From positions 129,882 through 193,881 of the forward strand of contig HF997977.1 of the NCBI GenBank assembly GCA_000433635.1: 64,000 nucleotides of DNA, in the 5' to 3' direction. A model generated the notes under the pieces. The model was not told where the DNA came from and did no database searches. It saw only the letters and a program-made list of their open reading frames with translations. The DNA comes from Ruminococcus sp. CAG:254 (GTDB lineage: Bacteria; Bacillota; Clostridia; Oscillospirales; Ruminococcaceae). This document shows positions 37,295 to 49,310 of the stretch, one piece after another; within the stretch, counting starts at the first letter, position 1; the number at the start of each line of letters is the position of its first letter. Made by a program: the position numbers and the translations under genes.

Positions 37295-38575
37295 TTATAA
37301 GTAACGATCAATAATGAGTTCTTTGAATTGCTCTAACAATTGTTCATCATTGGAGTCAGACGAAATAATTTCGATTTGATCCAGATAATCATAAATTTCT
37401 TGCTTGGTTGCATCTTTTCCATTAATTCCAGCATATGGTTTCATGCCAGTTGCTTCTATATATATAATATATTTTCCGTAATTTGGATATAAATTTTGCA
37501 AGCCAGGACTGCCACATCCAAGTATCAGATGTCCGACACAATCTGCAAGGTATATTTTATCAATATTATGATCATAAGCAAGCATCGTATGAGAGAATAT
37601 TTGGCTATCTGTGTTACCACCAAAAGAGCCTTGAAAAGTTCCGTCATCGTATACTTGAAAAATGCAATCAGAACATAATTCATGTCTACCTTTAATATGA
37701 TCATATCGACCAATGGTTTCTTCTTTTCCATCACCATCAATATCCAGATAAAAAGTAGATTCTAATGTACCTCCATACAACGAAAAGGGGCTGGAATCTT
37801 TTCTGATAGTAGTCGGAAGTAAAACTGTATCAACCATTCCAGCAGCGTGTTCTGCATAGAGGGAAAGCGTTTTGACAGCGTCCTCAACGGTAACGATGCC
37901 ATCTTGATTGAAATCGGCAGCCTGTTTTTGCAATTCTGTGAAACTTGGCGATTGTCCGGCAGCAGTTGCAGCATAGTAGGAAAGCGTGGCGACAGCATCA
38001 GATACTGTGACATCCGCATCTCCATCGACATCACCATGCCCATAAGCCATTTCATCGAGAAAATCCACGTTGTTCATGTAGGTTTTATACGCTTGTAATT
38101 TATCTGAACCATCCGTATTAGCGTTGTAACTACTTATCAATTTGCTTTGATTGTCAGAATAAAATCGATACAACATTTCAGAGCCAAACATATCTGTATA
38201 AATATATCCGAGAAAGGTTTCACCTGTATTTTTGTCTTGAATGATATGAAATTTGTAATTCATATGGTCGTTTGAAATTCTCTTATATAGAGTATATGAT
38301 TCTGAATTTGTGTCAAATACAGAATAAACATCTGATATAGAATAGCCATCTCTTTTAGAGCCAACATAGTAGTAACCAATTGTTTCTTTTTCGCCGTCAC
38401 TGTCAATATCAATATGAAATTCTTTTTGAAATGTTCCCGTGTATCTTTCTACTTGAATGGTTTCCGGAAACAAAACAACATCTTGTGCAGATGCGGAACA
38501 GGGCTGAACGGCTGCCAGCAAAGCAGCCGCCGCAACCCCCAGTCCCAATTGCAAGATTCTTTTTCTCGCTGTCAT
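37295..38575 (-). CDS. secreted dockerin-containing protein with internal type-I dockerin flanked by two related modules; function unknown
   Basis: Signal peptide ending AVQPCSASA. Dockerin repeats DVDGDADVTVSDAVATLSYYA and DFNQDGIVTVEDAVKTLSLYA near residues 180-240. Repeated IDIDSDGEKETIGYY / LDIDGDGKEETIGRYD in the N- and C-terminal modules. Start is 2 nt after the tgt stop. Confidence 0.7.
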   Translation of the reverse strand: MTARKRILQLGLGVAAAALLAAVQPCSASAQDVVLFPETIQVERYTGTFQKEFHIDIDSDGEKETIGYYYVGSKRDGYSISDVYSVFDTNSESYTLYKRISNDHMNYKFHIIQDKNTGETFLGYIYTDMFGSEMLYRFYSDNQSKLISSYNANTDGSDKLQAYKTYMNNVDFLDEMAYGHGDVDGDADVTVSDAVATLSYYAATAAGQSPSFTELQKQAADFNQDGIVTVEDAVKTLSLYAEHAAGMVDTVLLPTTIRKDSSPFSLYGGTLESTFYLDIDGDGKEETIGRYDHIKGRHELCSDCIFQVYDDGTFQGSFGGNTDSQIFSHTMLAYDHNIDKIYLADCVGHLILGCGSPGLQNLYPNYGKYIIYIEATGMKPYAGINGKDATKQEIYDYLDQIEIISSDSNDEQLLEQFKELIIDRYL

Positions 38576-38577
38576 GG

Positions 38578-40184
<1,607 letters not shown>

Positions 40185-40324
40185 GGTAATAAACCCTCCT
40201 GTAAAATTGGAACGAAAATATACAATCATTTTATTATAGCACAAAAGCGGTGAAATTGTCAATTTTTTTGCAAAGAAAAAACCGCTGCACTGCAAGAGCA
40301 GTACAACGGTTTTGAAATCAGTTG

Positions 40325-41185
40325 TCAGATAACACCGACAGCTGCAAAAATCAAGACTAAAATACCGAGAACAATTCGATACCAGCCGAAAACGGTGAAG
40401 TCATGTTTGCGGATGTAATCCATCAGGAATCGAATGATAAAGATGGAAACCACGAACGCACTGACCATGCCGACCAGCAGAACGGCAAATTCCATGCCGG
40501 TGAAGTGGAAGCCAAACTTGACCAGCTTTAACAGGCTTGCACCAGCCATGACCGGAACGGCTAAGTAGAACGTAAATTCTGCCGCAGCGGTACGGGAAAC
40601 GCCCAGCAGCAACGCTCCGACAATGGTCGCACCAGAACGGGAAGTACCTGGGAATACGGCTGCAATCAGCTGAAATACACCAATCAGCAACACGGTTTTG
40701 TAATCCAGTCCGCCGATGGAATGAATACGGGGTTGTTTGGTTTTCTGCCAGCGTTCAATCACAATAAACGCAACACCAAACAAAATCAGCATAATGGCAA
40801 CTGTAATCGGATTATAGAAGAGTGCATGAAAGACATCATCAAACAGCAACCCAACTACCGCAGCCGGTACGCAGGCAACTAATACCTTGCACCACATCTG
40901 CAAAATATTTTTCTGCACACACGCCCCGAATCCAGTTTTCGTCAGGGGGTTGGGGTTGGTTTCTTTCTTGTGAAACGGCCAGAGATTTTTCCAGTAGATG
41001 ACAACGACCGCAAGAATTGCACCCAGCTGAATGACCACATCGAACATTTCTTTAAATGCATCGCTGGCATCCAGTTTCAGGAAGGCATCCACTAAAATCA
41101 GGTGTCCGGTGCTGCTGATGGGCAGCCATTCGGTCACACCCTCGACAATGCCTAAGAAGAGTGCTTTTAAAAGTTCCCAAAACAT
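40325..41185 (-). CDS. uppP: undecaprenyl-diphosphate phosphatase
   Basis: GVTEWLPISSTGHL motif and 8 TM helices. Confidence 0.9.
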   Translation of the reverse strand: MFWELLKALFLGIVEGVTEWLPISSTGHLILVDAFLKLDASDAFKEMFDVVIQLGAILAVVVIYWKNLWPFHKKETNPNPLTKTGFGACVQKNILQMWCKVLVACVPAAVVGLLFDDVFHALFYNPITVAIMLILFGVAFIVIERWQKTKQPRIHSIGGLDYKTVLLIGVFQLIAAVFPGTSRSGATIVGALLLGVSRTAAAEFTFYLAVPVMAGASLLKLVKFGFHFTGMEFAVLLVGMVSAFVVSIFIIRFLMDYIRKHDFTVFGWYRIVLGILVLIFAAVGVI

Positions 41186-41337
41186 CAGTAAAAAACTTCC
41201 TTTCCTTATTGTTTTTTTATTATAGCACAGATATGCAGCAACGTCAATTTGTTTGCCTGATTTTTTATAGAAATTTATAGATTATGAGCAGAAATTTGGA
41301 GGTAGCAGGAAAATTAGGATACTTTTTTCCGAATTGC

Positions 41338-41366
41338 TTTACAAATATCGTGAAAAATGCTATACT
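41338..41366 (+). promoter_or_regulatory. sigma-A promoter TTTACA-17-TGCTATACT for fbp
   Basis: TTTACA 41338-41343 and TATACT 41361-41366. Confidence 0.5.
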
Positions 41367-41400
41367 AAGACCAATACAGACATGAAAGGAGCAGGCTTCT

Positions 41401-43398
41401 ATGCAATCGACTACACAAGCATCTGCATTTGAACAACTTCAGCTGAAATATTTACAGCGGCTTGCGGAACAATATCCAACCATCGACAAAGCAGCGGTGG
41501 AAATTATCAATTTGCAAGCCATCTTAAACCTTCCAAAAGGAACAGAACATTTTATCACCGATATTCACGGCGAATATGAGGCATTTTCTCACGTGCTGAA
41601 AAATGGTTCTGGTTCAGTCAAGAAAAAAATTGACGAAGTATTCGGACATACCTTGACACACGCTGACAAAAAATCACTGGCAACGCTGATTTATTATCCG
41701 CAAGAAAAAATGGATATTGTCAAAAAGACAGAACGGCATATGCGGGACTGGTACAAAATCGTTCTTTATCGACTGATTACGCTCTGTAAAACACTGTCCT
41801 CAAAATATACCCGTGCAAAAGTACGGGCAGCCATGCCGCAGGACTATGCCTTTGTAATGGAAGAGCTGATTACCGAAAAGCCGGAAATCCTGGACAAAGA
41901 GGCATATTATGAAACGATTATTGATACCATTATCCAGACTGACCGGGCAGAATCGTTCATTGTTGCCATGTCCGAACTGATTCAGCGGTTGGCAGTGGAG
42001 CACCTGCATATTTTAGGGGACATCTATGACCGTGGCCCTGCTCCGCATAAGATTATGGATAAGCTGCTGCAATATCACTCTTTGGATATTCAGTGGGGCA
42101 ATCATGATATTGTATGGATGGGAGCAGCTGCCGGACAGCTTGCCTGTATCGCAACGGTTATCCGCAACTCTGCTCGATATTGCAACTTGGACATTTTAGA
42201 AGATGGATATGGCATCAACTTGTTGCCACTGGCAACATTTGCGATGGCAGTTTATCAGGATGACCCCTGTTCTCAGTTCAAGCTTTCCGGAAACCCGAAA
42301 ACTTCCAGCACCGCAGAAACTGCCCTGCATATGAAAATGCATAAGGCGATTGCCATCATGCAATTCAAATTAGAAGGGCAGTTGATGAAAAAGCATCCAT
42401 CCTTTGAAATGGAAGACCGCCGGTTACTGCATTTGATTGACTACAAAGCCGGAACAATCGAATATGAAGGGAAGACGCTTTCCCTGCTGGATACACATTT
42501 TCCCACCATTGACCCAGAAGACCCCTATACACTGACCCCAGAAGAACAACTGGTGATGGAGCGGCTGCAATCGGCATTCCTGCACTGTGAAAAGCTGCAG
42601 CGGCATGTGAAGTTGTTGCTGCACCATGGAAGCCTTTATAAAGTCTGTAATGGAAACCTGCTGTATCATGGTTGTGTCCCGATAGAAGAGGATGGAACAT
42701 TCCGAAAAGTCAACATCTATGGGAATGAATACAGCGGAAAAGCCTTGTATGATTGCTTAGAAAGTTATGTTCGGAAAGCCTTTTTGGAGGTTGACCCGAT
42801 TGAGCAGGAAAAAGGGCGGGATATTCTATGGTATATCTGGACGGCGAAAAATTCACCGCTCTATGGAAAAGATAAGATGACCACCTTTGAACGCTACTTT
42901 TTAGCAGAACCGGAAACCCATCAGGAGCGAAAAAATGCCTATTATCGGTTCTTGAATGATGAAACGGTTATGAATCGCATTCTAGCAGAATTTGGGCTGG
43001 GCACAGATTCCCACATTGTCAACGGGCATGTGCCAGTCTTACAGATTGCCGGAGAAAGTCCGGTGAAATGCGGCGGAAAAGTAATGATTATTGACGGCGG
43101 ATTTTCAAAAGTCTATCAGGAGAAAACCGGCATTGCTGGTTATACGCTGATTTATCATTCCTATGGGATGATGCTGGTTGCACATGAACCATTCACTTCT
43201 ACAGAAGAGGCGATTCAAAAAGAAACCGACATTCACACCGACCGAATTTCTGTTATGGCAGCCTCCAGACGGCTGCAAGTGCGAGATACCGACCGAGGAC
43301 GAGAGATTCAGGAACGCATTGACGAGTTGATGCAGCTGCTGCAAGCCTACCGGAGTGGTACGTTGCAGCAGGAACAATCTTTTTTCGACAACAAATAA
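41401..43398 (+). CDS. fbp: fructose-1,6-bisphosphatase class 3
   Basis: 665 aa, with a calcineurin-like metallophosphatase core typical of Firmicutes class 3 FBPase. RBS AAAGGAG. Confidence 0.88.
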   Translation: MQSTTQASAFEQLQLKYLQRLAEQYPTIDKAAVEIINLQAILNLPKGTEHFITDIHGEYEAFSHVLKNGSGSVKKKIDEVFGHTLTHADKKSLATLIYYPQEKMDIVKKTERHMRDWYKIVLYRLITLCKTLSSKYTRAKVRAAMPQDYAFVMEELITEKPEILDKEAYYETIIDTIIQTDRAESFIVAMSELIQRLAVEHLHILGDIYDRGPAPHKIMDKLLQYHSLDIQWGNHDIVWMGAAAGQLACIATVIRNSARYCNLDILEDGYGINLLPLATFAMAVYQDDPCSQFKLSGNPKTSSTAETALHMKMHKAIAIMQFKLEGQLMKKHPSFEMEDRRLLHLIDYKAGTIEYEGKTLSLLDTHFPTIDPEDPYTLTPEEQLVMERLQSAFLHCEKLQRHVKLLLHHGSLYKVCNGNLLYHGCVPIEEDGTFRKVNIYGNEYSGKALYDCLESYVRKAFLEVDPIEQEKGRDILWYIWTAKNSPLYGKDKMTTFERYFLAEPETHQERKNAYYRFLNDETVMNRILAEFGLGTDSHIVNGHVPVLQIAGESPVKCGGKVMIIDGGFSKVYQEKTGIAGYTLIYHSYGMMLVAHEPFTSTEEAIQKETDIHTDRISVMAASRRLQVRDTDRGREIQERIDELMQLLQAYRSGTLQQEQSFFDNK

Positions 43399-43496
43399 AA
43401 TTTGTCGATTCCTGATTTGCACCCAGAAAAAAACAAATTTTTTATAAAAACTGCATAAGAATCTTGCATTTCTCGCCGAAATATGGTATGCTATAT

Positions 43497-44318
43497 TTAA
43501 ATTTGCGGAAGATGCAGAAGCGTTTGTGCATTTTTCCAGAGAATCTGCTCTTTTTCAGCATCCGTCAGCGGAAGATTCTGTACTGCTGTCAAGTCCGCAG
43601 CAGGGTCGCTCCACGGGAAATCCGTTGCAAACAGAATGCGGTCTGTCCCATGTTTGCGGATGATTTGCAGGAGCAGTTCCGGTTGGATGTAGCTCAAAAT
43701 AAAGCTGATATCAAAATAGACGGGCTTTCCACAGAGTTTTTCCAACACTTCTTCGTGCATGCGGTTTGCACCGCCATGTGCAAGGACAATATTGGGTTGC
43801 TCCGGCACGGTATCCCCATAGACCTGCTCTAACATGTGCAAGGTGCGGTCTGGCGTGCAGTGTACCGTTTCTGGAAAACCGTCATCGATTCCGGCATGAA
43901 TGACCACAGGTAACTGCAAAGTGACACATATCCGCAAAATGCGGATGTATTTCGGGTCGTCTATGTAGGTCTGCTGATAGTCCGGATGCAGCTTGATGCC
44001 GTAAAGTCCAGCCTGTTTGATTTGCAGCAGGTGTTCTTCCGGTGTTGGGTCGTCTGGATGAATGCCGCCAAAGGCAAAAATCTGCGGATGTTCGTTGCAG
44101 GCAATGGCATATTTGAGAATGCTGTCGAACTGTTTCGGACGGGTCACAACGGGCAGCGTGACGCTGTGGGTAACACCGCTGGTCTGCATATTGGACAGCA
44201 GAGAGGAAAATGTTCCGTTGCCAAACGGCTGGCTGTTGCTTTTCTGGGCAAGCATGGAGATGGTTTTTTCTGCGATTGCCTCTGGAAACACGTGAGTGTG
44301 AAAATCAATGACTGGCAT
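43497..44318 (-). CDS. amidohydrolase-2 / TIM-barrel metal-dependent hydrolase
   Basis: Start MPVIDFHTHVF. The ORF-track start at 44627 is a 103-aa over-extension. The displayed text shows one extra A in the A-run at 44339-44344 compared with what a continuous ORF requires, so coordinates here may be off by 1. Confidence 0.65.
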   Translation of the reverse strand: MPVIDFHTHVFPEAIAEKTISMLAQKSNSQPFGNGTFSSLLSNMQTSGVTHSVTLPVVTRPKQFDSILKYAIACNEHPQIFAFGGIHPDDPTPEEHLLQIKQAGLYGIKLHPDYQQTYIDDPKYIRILRICVTLQLPVVIHAGIDDGFPETVHCTPDRTLHMLEQVYGDTVPEQPNIVLAHGGANRMHEEVLEKLCGKPVYFDISFILSYIQPELLLQIIRKHGTDRILFATDFPWSDPAADLTAVQNLPLTDAEKEQILWKNAQTLLHLPQI

Positions 44319-44462
44319 ATCAATCGACCTTTCTGTGATAAAAATCTGAGAACTGTAACGCATACAGTTTCTTTTTGATTGTATCACATGGATGGAAAAA
44401 ATGCAAGCAAGCAATTTCTGCAAATTACGACAGAAACCAAAGAAATAGGAGTATTCGGAAAA

Positions 44463-45773
44463 ATGGAACAGCGTTATTATCAGAAAGAAATAGAAACCAT
44501 GCCACTGGAGGACATGAAAGCCCTTCAGTCCGAACGGTTGGTTGCACAGGTCAAGCATGTTTATGAAAATGTACCGTATTATCGGGAAAAAATGGATGCC
44601 GCTCATGTAAAGCCGGAAGATATTCATGGCGTTGAAGATTTACATAAGCTGCCGTTTCTGTCCAAGGCAGACTTGCGGGATCAGTACCCATACGGACTGC
44701 TCGCAAAGCCGCTGAAGGACTGCGTAAGAATTCAGTCAACCTCTGGCACAACTGGCAGAAGAGTGGTTGCATTCTATACCCAGCATGACATTGACCTTTG
44801 GGAGGATTGCTGTGCAAGAGCAGTCACTGCGGTAGGTGGAACAGATGAAGATGTCTGCCAGGTTTGCTATGGATATGGCTTGTTTACAGGCGGAGCAGGT
44901 CTGAATGGCGGTTCTCATAAGGTTGGATGTTTGACGCTGCCGATGTCCTCTGGTAATACAGAACGGCAGATTCAGTTCATGATGGATTTACAGTCAACAA
45001 TTCTCTGCTGTACCCCATCTTATGCGGCATACATTGGCGAAACGCTCAAGGAAAAGGGATACAAGCCGGAAGATAACCACTTGAAGGCTGGTATTTTCGG
45101 TGCAGAACCATGGACAGAAGAAATGCGGCAGAACATTCAGGATTTGCTGGGCATTCGGGCATATGATATTTATGGCTTGACCGAAACTTCTGGTCCAGGT
45201 GTTGCATTTGAATGCTGCGAACAGCACGGTATGCACATCAACGAAGACCACTTCATTCCGGAAATCATTGACCCGGAAACGGGCGAAGTACTACCGGATG
45301 GTGAAAAAGGGGAACTGGTCTTCACTTCCATCACAAAGGAAGCATTCCCGCTGCTGCGGTATCGCACCAGAGATATTTGCGTTTTGAGCCGGGAGAAATG
45401 CTCTTGCGGCAGAACACTGATCAAGATGACAAAGCCGATGGGACGCAGCGATGATATGATGATCATTCGTGGTGTCAACGTATTCCCATCTCAGATCGAA
45501 ACTGTTCTGCTGAACGAAGGCTATTCTCCGAACTATCAGATTGAAGTTGACCGTGTCAACAACACCGACACGCTGGATGTCTATGTAGAACTCTCTCCGG
45601 AACAGTTTACAGACTCTCTGGAAGAAATCACTAAGCAGGAAAAGCATCTGGTTTCAGCAATTCGTACCATGCTGGGCATTTCTCCGAAGGTACATCTGGT
45701 TGATCCGAAGACCATTGCAAGAAGCGAAGGCAAGGCAGTCCGTGTCATCGACAAGCGGAAGCTGCATGACTAA
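44463..45773 (+). CDS. paaK: phenylacetate-CoA ligase family (adenylate-forming)
   Basis: SSGTTG-type motif STSGTTGRRVVAFYT and PaaK-like N-terminus. RBS AGGAG. Start MEQRYYQKE. Confidence 0.85.
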   Translation: MEQRYYQKEIETMPLEDMKALQSERLVAQVKHVYENVPYYREKMDAAHVKPEDIHGVEDLHKLPFLSKADLRDQYPYGLLAKPLKDCVRIQSTSGTTGRRVVAFYTQHDIDLWEDCCARAVTAVGGTDEDVCQVCYGYGLFTGGAGLNGGSHKVGCLTLPMSSGNTERQIQFMMDLQSTILCCTPSYAAYIGETLKEKGYKPEDNHLKAGIFGAEPWTEEMRQNIQDLLGIRAYDIYGLTETSGPGVAFECCEQHGMHINEDHFIPEIIDPETGEVLPDGEKGELVFTSITKEAFPLLRYRTRDICVLSREKCSCGRTLIKMTKPMGRSDDMMIIRGVNVFPSQIETVLLNEGYSPNYQIEVDRVNNTDTLDVYVELSPEQFTDSLEEITKQEKHLVSAIRTMLGISPKVHLVDPKTIARSEGKAVRVIDKRKLHD

Positions 45774-45823
45774 TTCATAAAACCAAACCGAAAAAATGTA
45801 ACAGAAAAAAGGAGTGTATCATT

Positions 45824-46255
45824 ATGGCAATTCAACAGGTATCCGTTTTTGTACAAAATAAACCCGGTGCATTATCTGCAATCTGCAAACTGCTGGCAGA
45901 GTCAGGCGTAGATATGCGGGCAATGTTCATCTCCGACACGAAAGAATTCAGTATTCTGCGTCTGATTGCAGATGATACTGAAAAAGCAGCAGAAGTTCTG
46001 CGGGATCAGAACTGTATTGTTTCCATCAATCCTGTCATTGGGGTCGCTGTACCGGATGCACCGGGCGGAATCGCTGGAATGTTGCGGGTATTGTCTGAAA
46101 CAGGCATGAATGTCGAATATACCTATGCGTTTGTCGCACATCCAGGCGAACGGGCATATGTTGTTCTGCGAGTGACCGACATTGCAGCAGCAGAAGATAT
46201 TCTGAAAAAAGCAGGCTTTTTGCTGATTACCGAGCAGGATATTCAGAACCTATAA
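45824..46255 (+). CDS. ACT-domain protein (PaaK-associated)
   Basis: Two ACT-like repeats in 143 aa, typical partner of paaK in anaerobes. Confidence 0.7.
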   Translation: MAIQQVSVFVQNKPGALSAICKLLAESGVDMRAMFISDTKEFSILRLIADDTEKAAEVLRDQNCIVSINPVIGVAVPDAPGGIAGMLRVLSETGMNVEYTYAFVAHPGERAYVVLRVTDIAAAEDILKKAGFLLITEQDIQNL

Positions 46256-46271
46256 GCTTGAAAAAAGAACA

Positions 46272-46320
46272 AGCCCTCGGCAGACTGTCCCAATGGTGCA
46301 GCCTGTCGGGGGCTTTTGTG
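46272..46320. terminator. bidirectional terminator between the ACT gene and the antiporter gene
   Basis: GC-rich inverted repeat gccctcggcag...cctgtcgggggc followed by ttttgtgtt. Confidence 0.5.
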
Positions 46321-46329
46321 TTGGATGGT

Positions 46330-47946
46330 TTAAGTCGTTTCAGAGTGCAGAACGACGGTATCTCCCGCTAAGATTTCCGTGTCACCCTGCGGAATAATCG
46401 TTTCTGAACCACGCTGAATCATGAGAATCAACGTTTTTTTTCCGAGGTTCAAGTTACGGATTTGCTTGCCGTTCCACTTGTGATGGTCGTCAATTACGAG
46501 TTCGGAAAGCTGCATGTTTGCTGTTTGCTGGCAGTTTCCGGCACTCAGTACAACAACATCACCCTGTTCAATTTTGGTATTTCCCTTTGGAATTACGGTT
46601 TTTCCGTTCCGAATCAGCATTGCAAGCAGGGTATCCGGCGGAAGAGCAATGCTGCTGACAGGCTGGTCAATCCAAGCATGATTGGCATGAATCGGCAATT
46701 GCAGCGTCTGAATGATTTCTTCGTCCGTGTAGTCAGTAAAGGTTTTCAAGACGTTCTGAGAATCGTCAATCATATGCAACTTTTTGGATACCCAAGGAAG
46801 AAATGTTCCCTGTAGGGCAATGGAAAAAAGCACGATGCAGAAAACCAAGTGAAAGAGGTCATATTTCAGCGTTACAGAACCGGCAGCTTCCATGCTTGCA
46901 ACAGCAGTGATGGCGAAAATTGCAGAGGTTGCACCACGCAGCCCAGCCCAAGAGATGAGGAGTTGCTGCGAGAATTTCGCCCGGAAGGGCGTTAATAAAA
47001 CGCCAACGACCAGCGGACGTGCGATAAATGTCAAGAAGATGGAAATGCCCAAAGCTGGCAGCAGCACGCCAATCAATTTTGTTGGTGTGCAGAGCATTCC
47101 CAAGATGAAGAAGACCAGCAGCTGCATCAGACCAGTTACACCGTCAAAGAAATGCACAAGGTTTTTCTTGTTGGAGAGTTCTGCATTTCCTAAGATAATA
47201 CCGGCAATATAGGCACTCAGATAGCCATTTCCGCCAATCATGGTTGGAACAACATAGGAGAGAATTGCCACTGCCAGCATGAAAACCAAGTCAAATCCGC
47301 TGGTATCGAACTGAAATCGCCGGAGAAAGAACAATACGACAAGTGCCAACACTGCCCCAATTCCCACACCAAATACAATCTGTGCAAAGACTTGATACAG
47401 AACAGAGCCAGCAGAAACAGAAGTTTCCATCATTGCCACAACAATGGTGACCATTAAGTATGCAATCGGGTCATTACTACCACTCTCAACTTCGAGCAGA
47501 GATGCCGTGCCGTATTTCAAGTTCAGCTTTTTTGCACGCAAGATGGAAAAGACAGAAGCGGCATCCGTAGAACTGATGACAGAGCCAATCAACAGGCTTT
47601 CCAGCAGCCCAACGTGCAGCACGATGTGACAAAAGCCGCCAACTGCCGCCGCAGTGAGAAAGACCCCAACAGTAGAAAGCAGGATGGCTCGTCCGGCAAC
47701 GGGCTTTGCAGCACTCCATTTTGTTCCGAAACCGCCGTAGAAAATAATCAGAATCAGAGCGGCGGTGCAGACGTTTTCCGTTAGTTGATAATCATTGAAT
47801 GAAATGCCCAGAATCCCATCTTCTCCGCAGAGCATTCCCACGCAGAGAAATGCCAGCAACATCGGGATTCCGATTTTTGCGGTAATTTTGTTGCATAAAA
47901 TACAAGCAATCGTGGATACGGATAATAATAACAGTAATTGAATCAT
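46330..47946 (-). CDS. nhaP2: NhaP-type monovalent cation:proton antiporter with two C-terminal TrkA-C (RCK_C) domains
   Basis: 12-13 TM helices followed by two GD(V/T)VVL gating-domain motifs. Confidence 0.85.
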   Translation of the reverse strand: MIQLLLLLSVSTIACILCNKITAKIGIPMLLAFLCVGMLCGEDGILGISFNDYQLTENVCTAALILIIFYGGFGTKWSAAKPVAGRAILLSTVGVFLTAAAVGGFCHIVLHVGLLESLLIGSVISSTDAASVFSILRAKKLNLKYGTASLLEVESGSNDPIAYLMVTIVVAMMETSVSAGSVLYQVFAQIVFGVGIGAVLALVVLFFLRRFQFDTSGFDLVFMLAVAILSYVVPTMIGGNGYLSAYIAGIILGNAELSNKKNLVHFFDGVTGLMQLLVFFILGMLCTPTKLIGVLLPALGISIFLTFIARPLVVGVLLTPFRAKFSQQLLISWAGLRGATSAIFAITAVASMEAAGSVTLKYDLFHLVFCIVLFSIALQGTFLPWVSKKLHMIDDSQNVLKTFTDYTDEEIIQTLQLPIHANHAWIDQPVSSIALPPDTLLAMLIRNGKTVIPKGNTKIEQGDVVVLSAGNCQQTANMQLSELVIDDHHKWNGKQIRNLNLGKKTLILMIQRGSETIIPQGDTEILAGDTVVLHSETT

Positions 47947-48024
47947 GGGAAATCATTCCTCCTTTTCGGTTGCGGACGAATCGGCGGATGTTGTGTCAAA
48001 AGAAAGAAGTGCTGAAATTGCTGG

Positions 48025-49143
48025 TTAATCGGATACCTCGACGGCATTTCCCAGCAGTTTGAAGTCCTGACAATTCTTGCAAAGCTCATTTAAGAAGGCT
48101 GCAATGGAACGATTCATCAAGTTGCCCTTGAAATCCACATAGAATGCAACGTCAAAGCTGCCGTCCTGAATCGGTCGGCTTTCCAACTTCACCAAGTCCA
48201 ATCCCTGTAAATAGAATTGGTTCAAAATTTTACTCAAGCTACCGGGTACGTTTGGCAAAGTCATCATAATCGAAATGACGGAGGCATCCGGTGCAACCAT
48301 CATCTGTTTGGAAATGCAGATGAAACGGGTATAGTTTAAGGCAACATTTGCGATACCAGAAAACAGAATGTCCATGTGATTTTGCTTGGCACATTCTTCC
48401 GAGCAAATCGCTGCAAATGGTTCTGAACTGGATGCAACAAAGGCAGCTGCTGTTGCGGTATTGCTGTATTCAATTTGTTTGAGATTATGATATTTCAGGA
48501 AGTCCGAACATTGCAGCAATGCTTGCGGATGCGAATAAACCGCCTGAATCTGTTCCAGAGAAACGCCCGGCCGAACCGCCAGACAGTGCTTGATTTTCAC
48601 TTGATTCATGGCAGTAATATAGCAATTGTACTTTCCAAGCAAGTCGTATGTTGGTGTGACCGAACCGCTGGTACTATTATAAACAGGCAGCACCCCAAAT
48701 TCGACTTCGCCCCGTTCTACTGCCTGAAAGACATGTTCAAAAGTGGGGTAGAAAGTGACAGCTCTGCCAGGGAAGAACTGCTGAGAAGCCGTTTCGGAGT
48801 TTGCACCATTCGTTCCCTGACAGCCGATTTTCTGGGCAGCAGAAAAATTCGGAACGGGGAAAATGGGGTCGATTTCCATTTTGGCTAAGATACGGGATTG
48901 CAGCTGCTTGCTGATATCTAAGATGACAGAGAACAGCGTCCGTGCAGCATGCTTGCGGTCTGGGGAGGCTGCCTGTTCGATCTTGTCCAGCAGCTTTTCT
49001 TCCCGTTCCGGCTGGAAAACTGGGAGGTTGTGTTCTTTTTTATAAAGGGCGACATCTCGGCAAAGATCCATACGCCGTTCAAACAGTGCAAGCAGTTCCT
49101 TGTCCAAGGCATCAATTTCTGTGCGGATTTCTTCTAAATTCAT
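48025..49143 (-). CDS. pheA: bifunctional chorismate mutase / prephenate dehydratase with ACT domain
   Basis: CM_2 helix EIRTEIDALDKELLALFERRMDL. PDT region GCQGTNGANSETASQQFF...VLPVYNSTSGSV. Start MNLEEIR at 49143. Confidence 0.85.
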   Translation of the reverse strand: MNLEEIRTEIDALDKELLALFERRMDLCRDVALYKKEHNLPVFQPEREEKLLDKIEQAASPDRKHAARTLFSVILDISKQLQSRILAKMEIDPIFPVPNFSAAQKIGCQGTNGANSETASQQFFPGRAVTFYPTFEHVFQAVERGEVEFGVLPVYNSTSGSVTPTYDLLGKYNCYITAMNQVKIKHCLAVRPGVSLEQIQAVYSHPQALLQCSDFLKYHNLKQIEYSNTATAAAFVASSSEPFAAICSEECAKQNHMDILFSGIANVALNYTRFICISKQMMVAPDASVISIMMTLPNVPGSLSKILNQFYLQGLDLVKLESRPIQDGSFDVAFYVDFKGNLMNRSIAAFLNELCKNCQDFKLLGNAVEVSD

Positions 49144-49226
49144 AATCGCATTCCTTTCAACTTTTTTGTCTTTTTCTATTATACAAAAATTTTTTTGGAA
49201 AATCAACATAAAAATTTGAATCACTA

Positions 49227-49256
49227 TTGAAAGCACCCCTTGAAATATGGTATAAT
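49227..49256 (+). promoter_or_regulatory. sigma-A promoter TTGAAA-18-TGGTATAAT for ruvCAB
   Basis: Extended -10 with TATAAT at 49251-49256. Confidence 0.5.
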
Positions 49257-49310
49257 AGTAATTGTCTGTAAAACGGACGGGATGAAAATGAGAATAGGAG
49301 AACGGCAGTT

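Noticed and set aside
43465-43493. Plus-strand promoter-like element (TTGCAT-16-TATGCT) pointing antisense into the amidohydrolase gene
   Set aside because: Suboptimal spacer and -10. No downstream plus-strand gene. Most likely chance in AT-rich sequence.
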